This document shows, piece after piece, positions 48,820-51,141 of a stretch of DNA of 51,141 nt; within the stretch, counting starts at the first letter, position 1, and the number at the start of each line of letters is the position of its first letter. The notes beneath the pieces are model-generated. The model ran no database searches and was not told where the DNA came from. It was given only the letters and a program-made list of their open reading frames with translations. Both the position numbers and the translations under genes were made by a program. The stretch is taken from NCBI GenBank assembly GCA_043809585.1, contig JBDROZ010000023.1, forward strand, positions 62,001 to 113,141, read 5' to 3'. The stretch comes from Candidatus Eiseniibacteriota bacterium. GTDB lineage: Bacteria; Orphanbacterota; Orphanbacteria; Orphanbacterales; Orphanbacteraceae.

Positions 48820-49413
48820 CTAACTTAGTGTTCGTTTGATGAACTCCCTGTTCGCGAGAAGATAATGCAATCCGGTCAGCAATGTCAGGAGCATAGTCGC
48901 CGTGAGGAGTCCCATCAGGATCCCCTCGATCCGTTTGTCGCCGATGATGAGGAGGGGCGTGCCGAATCGCTCGTTGGTCGCGGCGGCGATGATGTGCACG
49001 AGGGTCAGGTTCACGAAGACCATCTGGAAGACGGTCTTCCACTTCGCCGCCGTCGACGAGGGGATCAGGAGCCCCCGGTAGGCCGCGATGGTGCGGAGGC
49101 CCGTGATGAAAATCTCCCGCGCCACGATCACCACCACCATCCAGCCGAACACGTAGGGCAGGTCGAGGGCGACGAGGGAGATGAGGGCCATGCTCGTCAG
49201 GAGCTTGTCGGCCAGGGGGTCCATGAACTTTCCGAAGTTCGTGACGATCCCCGTCTTCCGGGCGATGTACCCGTCGTACACGTCGGTCAGCGACGCCACG
49301 ACGAAAACGAGGAAGGCGGCGTACTTCGACCAGAGATTGTCGATCAGAAAGAAGACCATGAAGACCGGGGAGAGGAAGATCCGCGCGACGGTCAGTTTAT
49401 TGGGTAGATTCAT
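48820..49413 (-). CDS. pgsA: CDP-diacylglycerol--glycerol-3-phosphate 3-phosphatidyltransferase
   Basis: MNLPNKLT and TDVYDGYIAR...FGKFMDPLADK motifs. Confidence 0.95.
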   Translation of the reverse strand: MNLPNKLTVARIFLSPVFMVFFLIDNLWSKYAAFLVFVVASLTDVYDGYIARKTGIVTNFGKFMDPLADKLLTSMALISLVALDLPYVFGWMVVVIVAREIFITGLRTIAAYRGLLIPSSTAAKWKTVFQMVFVNLTLVHIIAAATNERFGTPLLIIGDKRIEGILMGLLTATMLLTLLTGLHYLLANREFIKRTLS

Positions 49414-49437
49414 GGCGCCTGGTTCCCGGAGCCGCGA

Positions 49438-50037
49438 TCAGTCGAGGGTGCGCCGGCCTTCCAGGGCCCGGGCGAGGGTGACCTGGTCGGCGAACTCGAT
49501 CTCCCCCCCCACCGGAACGCCTCGGGCGATGCGGGTGACATTGACCGGAAGCGCCCCGAGGGCGTCGGAGAGGTAAAAGGCGGTGGCGTCCCCTTCCACG
49601 GTCGGATTGGTCGCCACGATCACTTCCGCGACGCCCCCCTGCCGGATGCGCGCCGCCAGTTCGTCGATGCGAAGCCCTTCGGGGCTGACGCCCTCGAGAG
49701 GCGAGAGCACGCCGTGCAGCACGTGGTAAAGGCCGCGGTAGGTCCCGGTGCTCTCGAAGAGGGCGATGTCGCTCGGCTGCTCCACGACGCAGATGATCGT
49801 CCCGTCCCGCCGCGGGTCCCGGCAGATGTCGCAGGCATCGTCCTCGGTGTAGTTTCCGCAGACGTCGCAGAGGCGGACCCTCTCTTTCACTTCCTCCATC
49901 CGGCGGACGAGGGCGTCCACTTCCTCCCGGGGGATGCGGAGGAGGTAGAGGGCGATCCGGACCGCGGACTTCCGGCCGACGCCGGGAAGCTTCTGGAGCT
50001 CTTCGACGAGTTGTTCGAGCGACGCCGATTGAAACAA
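49438..50037 (-). CDS. recR: recombination protein RecR
   Basis: LPGVGRKSA, C4 Zn finger, YHVLHG and ATNPTVEGDAT motifs. Confidence 0.98.
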   Translation of the reverse strand: MFQSASLEQLVEELQKLPGVGRKSAVRIALYLLRIPREEVDALVRRMEEVKERVRLCDVCGNYTEDDACDICRDPRRDGTIICVVEQPSDIALFESTGTYRGLYHVLHGVLSPLEGVSPEGLRIDELAARIRQGGVAEVIVATNPTVEGDATAFYLSDALGALPVNVTRIARGVPVGGEIEFADQVTLARALEGRRTLD

Positions 50038-50052
50038 TGGGGATCTCCGCGA

Positions 50053-50373
50053 TTAGAAGAGGCCGCCGAGGCCGCCCATCCCGCCGAGGGGCCCGGCCGC
50101 CTTGGCGAGTTCTTCCTTGGCCAGCTCGCCCGCCCGCCGCATCGCCTCGTTGACGGCGGCCTGAACCAGGTCCTGGAGCATCTCCACGTCCTCCGGGTCC
50201 ACCACTTCGGGGGCGATCCGGACCTCGAGGACTTCCTGCTTGCCCGTGACGACCACCGTCACCTTGCCGCCGCCGGCCGTGGCCTCGACGGTCATCTCGG
50301 CCAGCCTCTCCTGGGCCTCGGCCATCTTCCTCTGCATTTCCTGAGCCTGCTTCATCAGATTGTTCAGCTTCAC
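50053..50373 (-). CDS. ybaB: YbaB/EbfC nucleoid-associated protein
   Basis: [14 protein letters not shown] and [15 protein letters not shown] motifs; directly upstream of recR. Confidence 0.95.
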   Translation of the reverse strand: MKLNNLMKQAQEMQRKMAEAQERLAEMTVEATAGGGKVTVVVTGKQEVLEVRIAPEVVDPEDVEMLQDLVQAAVNEAMRRAGELAKEELAKAAGPLGGMGGLGGLF

Positions 50374-50566
50374 CGCCGCGCTCCTCGATGGGGAAAGCCC
50401 GCGCCCGCGGGCCGATTCACGATCAGGATCGGGATCATCATAACGGATGAGGGGCGGAAGGCAAAAGGGAAGATGAAGGGGGGATGGGGGGGATGGGGTA
50501 GGCGGTGAAGGACGGGTGGGGCCTGCCCGCCGGGGAAAGCTCGTGAACGGGCGGGGCCTGTCCGCC

Positions 50567-50737
50567 GGACATGGCTCCGACCGCGGCGTCAATATCGTGT
50601 CGTTGCCGGATGCTCGGATCCGGCTACGGGGCTTGTCCGTCCCGTCACTCGCTGGGGAAGCCCGCTCCCGCTGGGCAAGCGCTCGTGAGGGACGGACGGC
50701 GCCCCGGCCACCAAGCACCGGCAACCGAATTCAGGAA
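50567..50737 (-). repeat. ~170-bp hairpin element, second copy
   Basis: Reverse-complement homologue of 31082-31254. Confidence 0.85.
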
Positions 50738-50749
50738 ACGCCGCCTTCT

Positions 50750-51141
50750 CACCCCCGTTCGTCCTGAGTGCCGCCGAACGGAGTGAGGCGGTGTATCGAA
50801 GGATGAGCCGGGGGAAGGCGAAGACTCCCCGTCCGCCCCAGGGGGGGGAATGGCGTCCGCCCACCCGGGGGCGGGGTCCCCGTCCTCCGACCGTGCCGCG
50901 CTCACCACCCCCCGTTCGCCCTGAGTGCCACCGAACGGAGTGAGGCGGTGTATCGAAGCCTGTCCTGAGTAGGGCCGAAGGCCCGTACCGTAGGGGGTCG
51001 AACCGGGGGAAGGGCCACTACCCGCTTGGGGGCGGGATCCCCGTCCTCTGACCGTGCCGCGCTCACCATCCCCCGTTCGCCCTGAGTGCCGCCGACCGAA
51101 GGGAGGCGGTGTATCGAAGCCTGTCCTGAGTAGGGCCGAAG
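50750..51141 (+). repeat. BIME-like tandem array of CCGTTCGYCCTGAGT-hairpin-GTATCGAAG units, truncated by the window end
   Basis: Core occurs at about 50755, 50912 and 51073; the last two units have a 161-bp period. Confidence 0.85.

Noticed and set aside
50750-51141. Possible CRISPR array
   Set aside because: Sequences between the cores are homologous rather than unique spacers, the period (161 bp) is too long, and no cas genes are present.

Overview
High-GC bacterial chromosomal window, mostly housekeeping genes on the minus strand. Reading in transcription order, from the right end: ybaB-recR-pgsA-pgpA-cinA-thpR-lipoprotein; recA-alaS-GGGP synthase-rfbD-gmhA-double GT-GT4-ABC-F; acnA-WcaJ-like transferase-SMR/EamA-udk-UbiA-ispE-spoVG-tRNA-Gln-prs-rplY-pth-hppA-rpsF-ssb-rpsR-DUF2232-rplI-PPIase-DUF151; idh-family, ThiI-like, dcd and a partial selA. 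Plus-strand genes are an amidase lipoprotein, an accessory block (Crp/Fnr, transglutaminase-like protein, Cys-rich small protein, PadR plus sensor, ada/alkA-ogt) and a secreted Cys-rich protein with dockerin-like repeats. That last protein suggests, by inference only, an Eisenbacteria/Latescibacterota-like lineage. Intergenic DNA holds several families of structured non-autonomous repeats (MITE, REP and BIME-like), and no transposase, CRISPR array or rRNA was seen. The most striking observation is a ~180-bp MITE inserted into codons 2-3 of the DUF151 gene. A single base change in its terminal repeat creates an ATGA stop/start overlap that appears to rescue translation. Other highlights are an archaeal-type GGGP synthase heading a glycosylation operon, apparent near-cognate start codons (ACG, ATC), repeat families with compensatory base changes, and an orphan structured RNA candidate.
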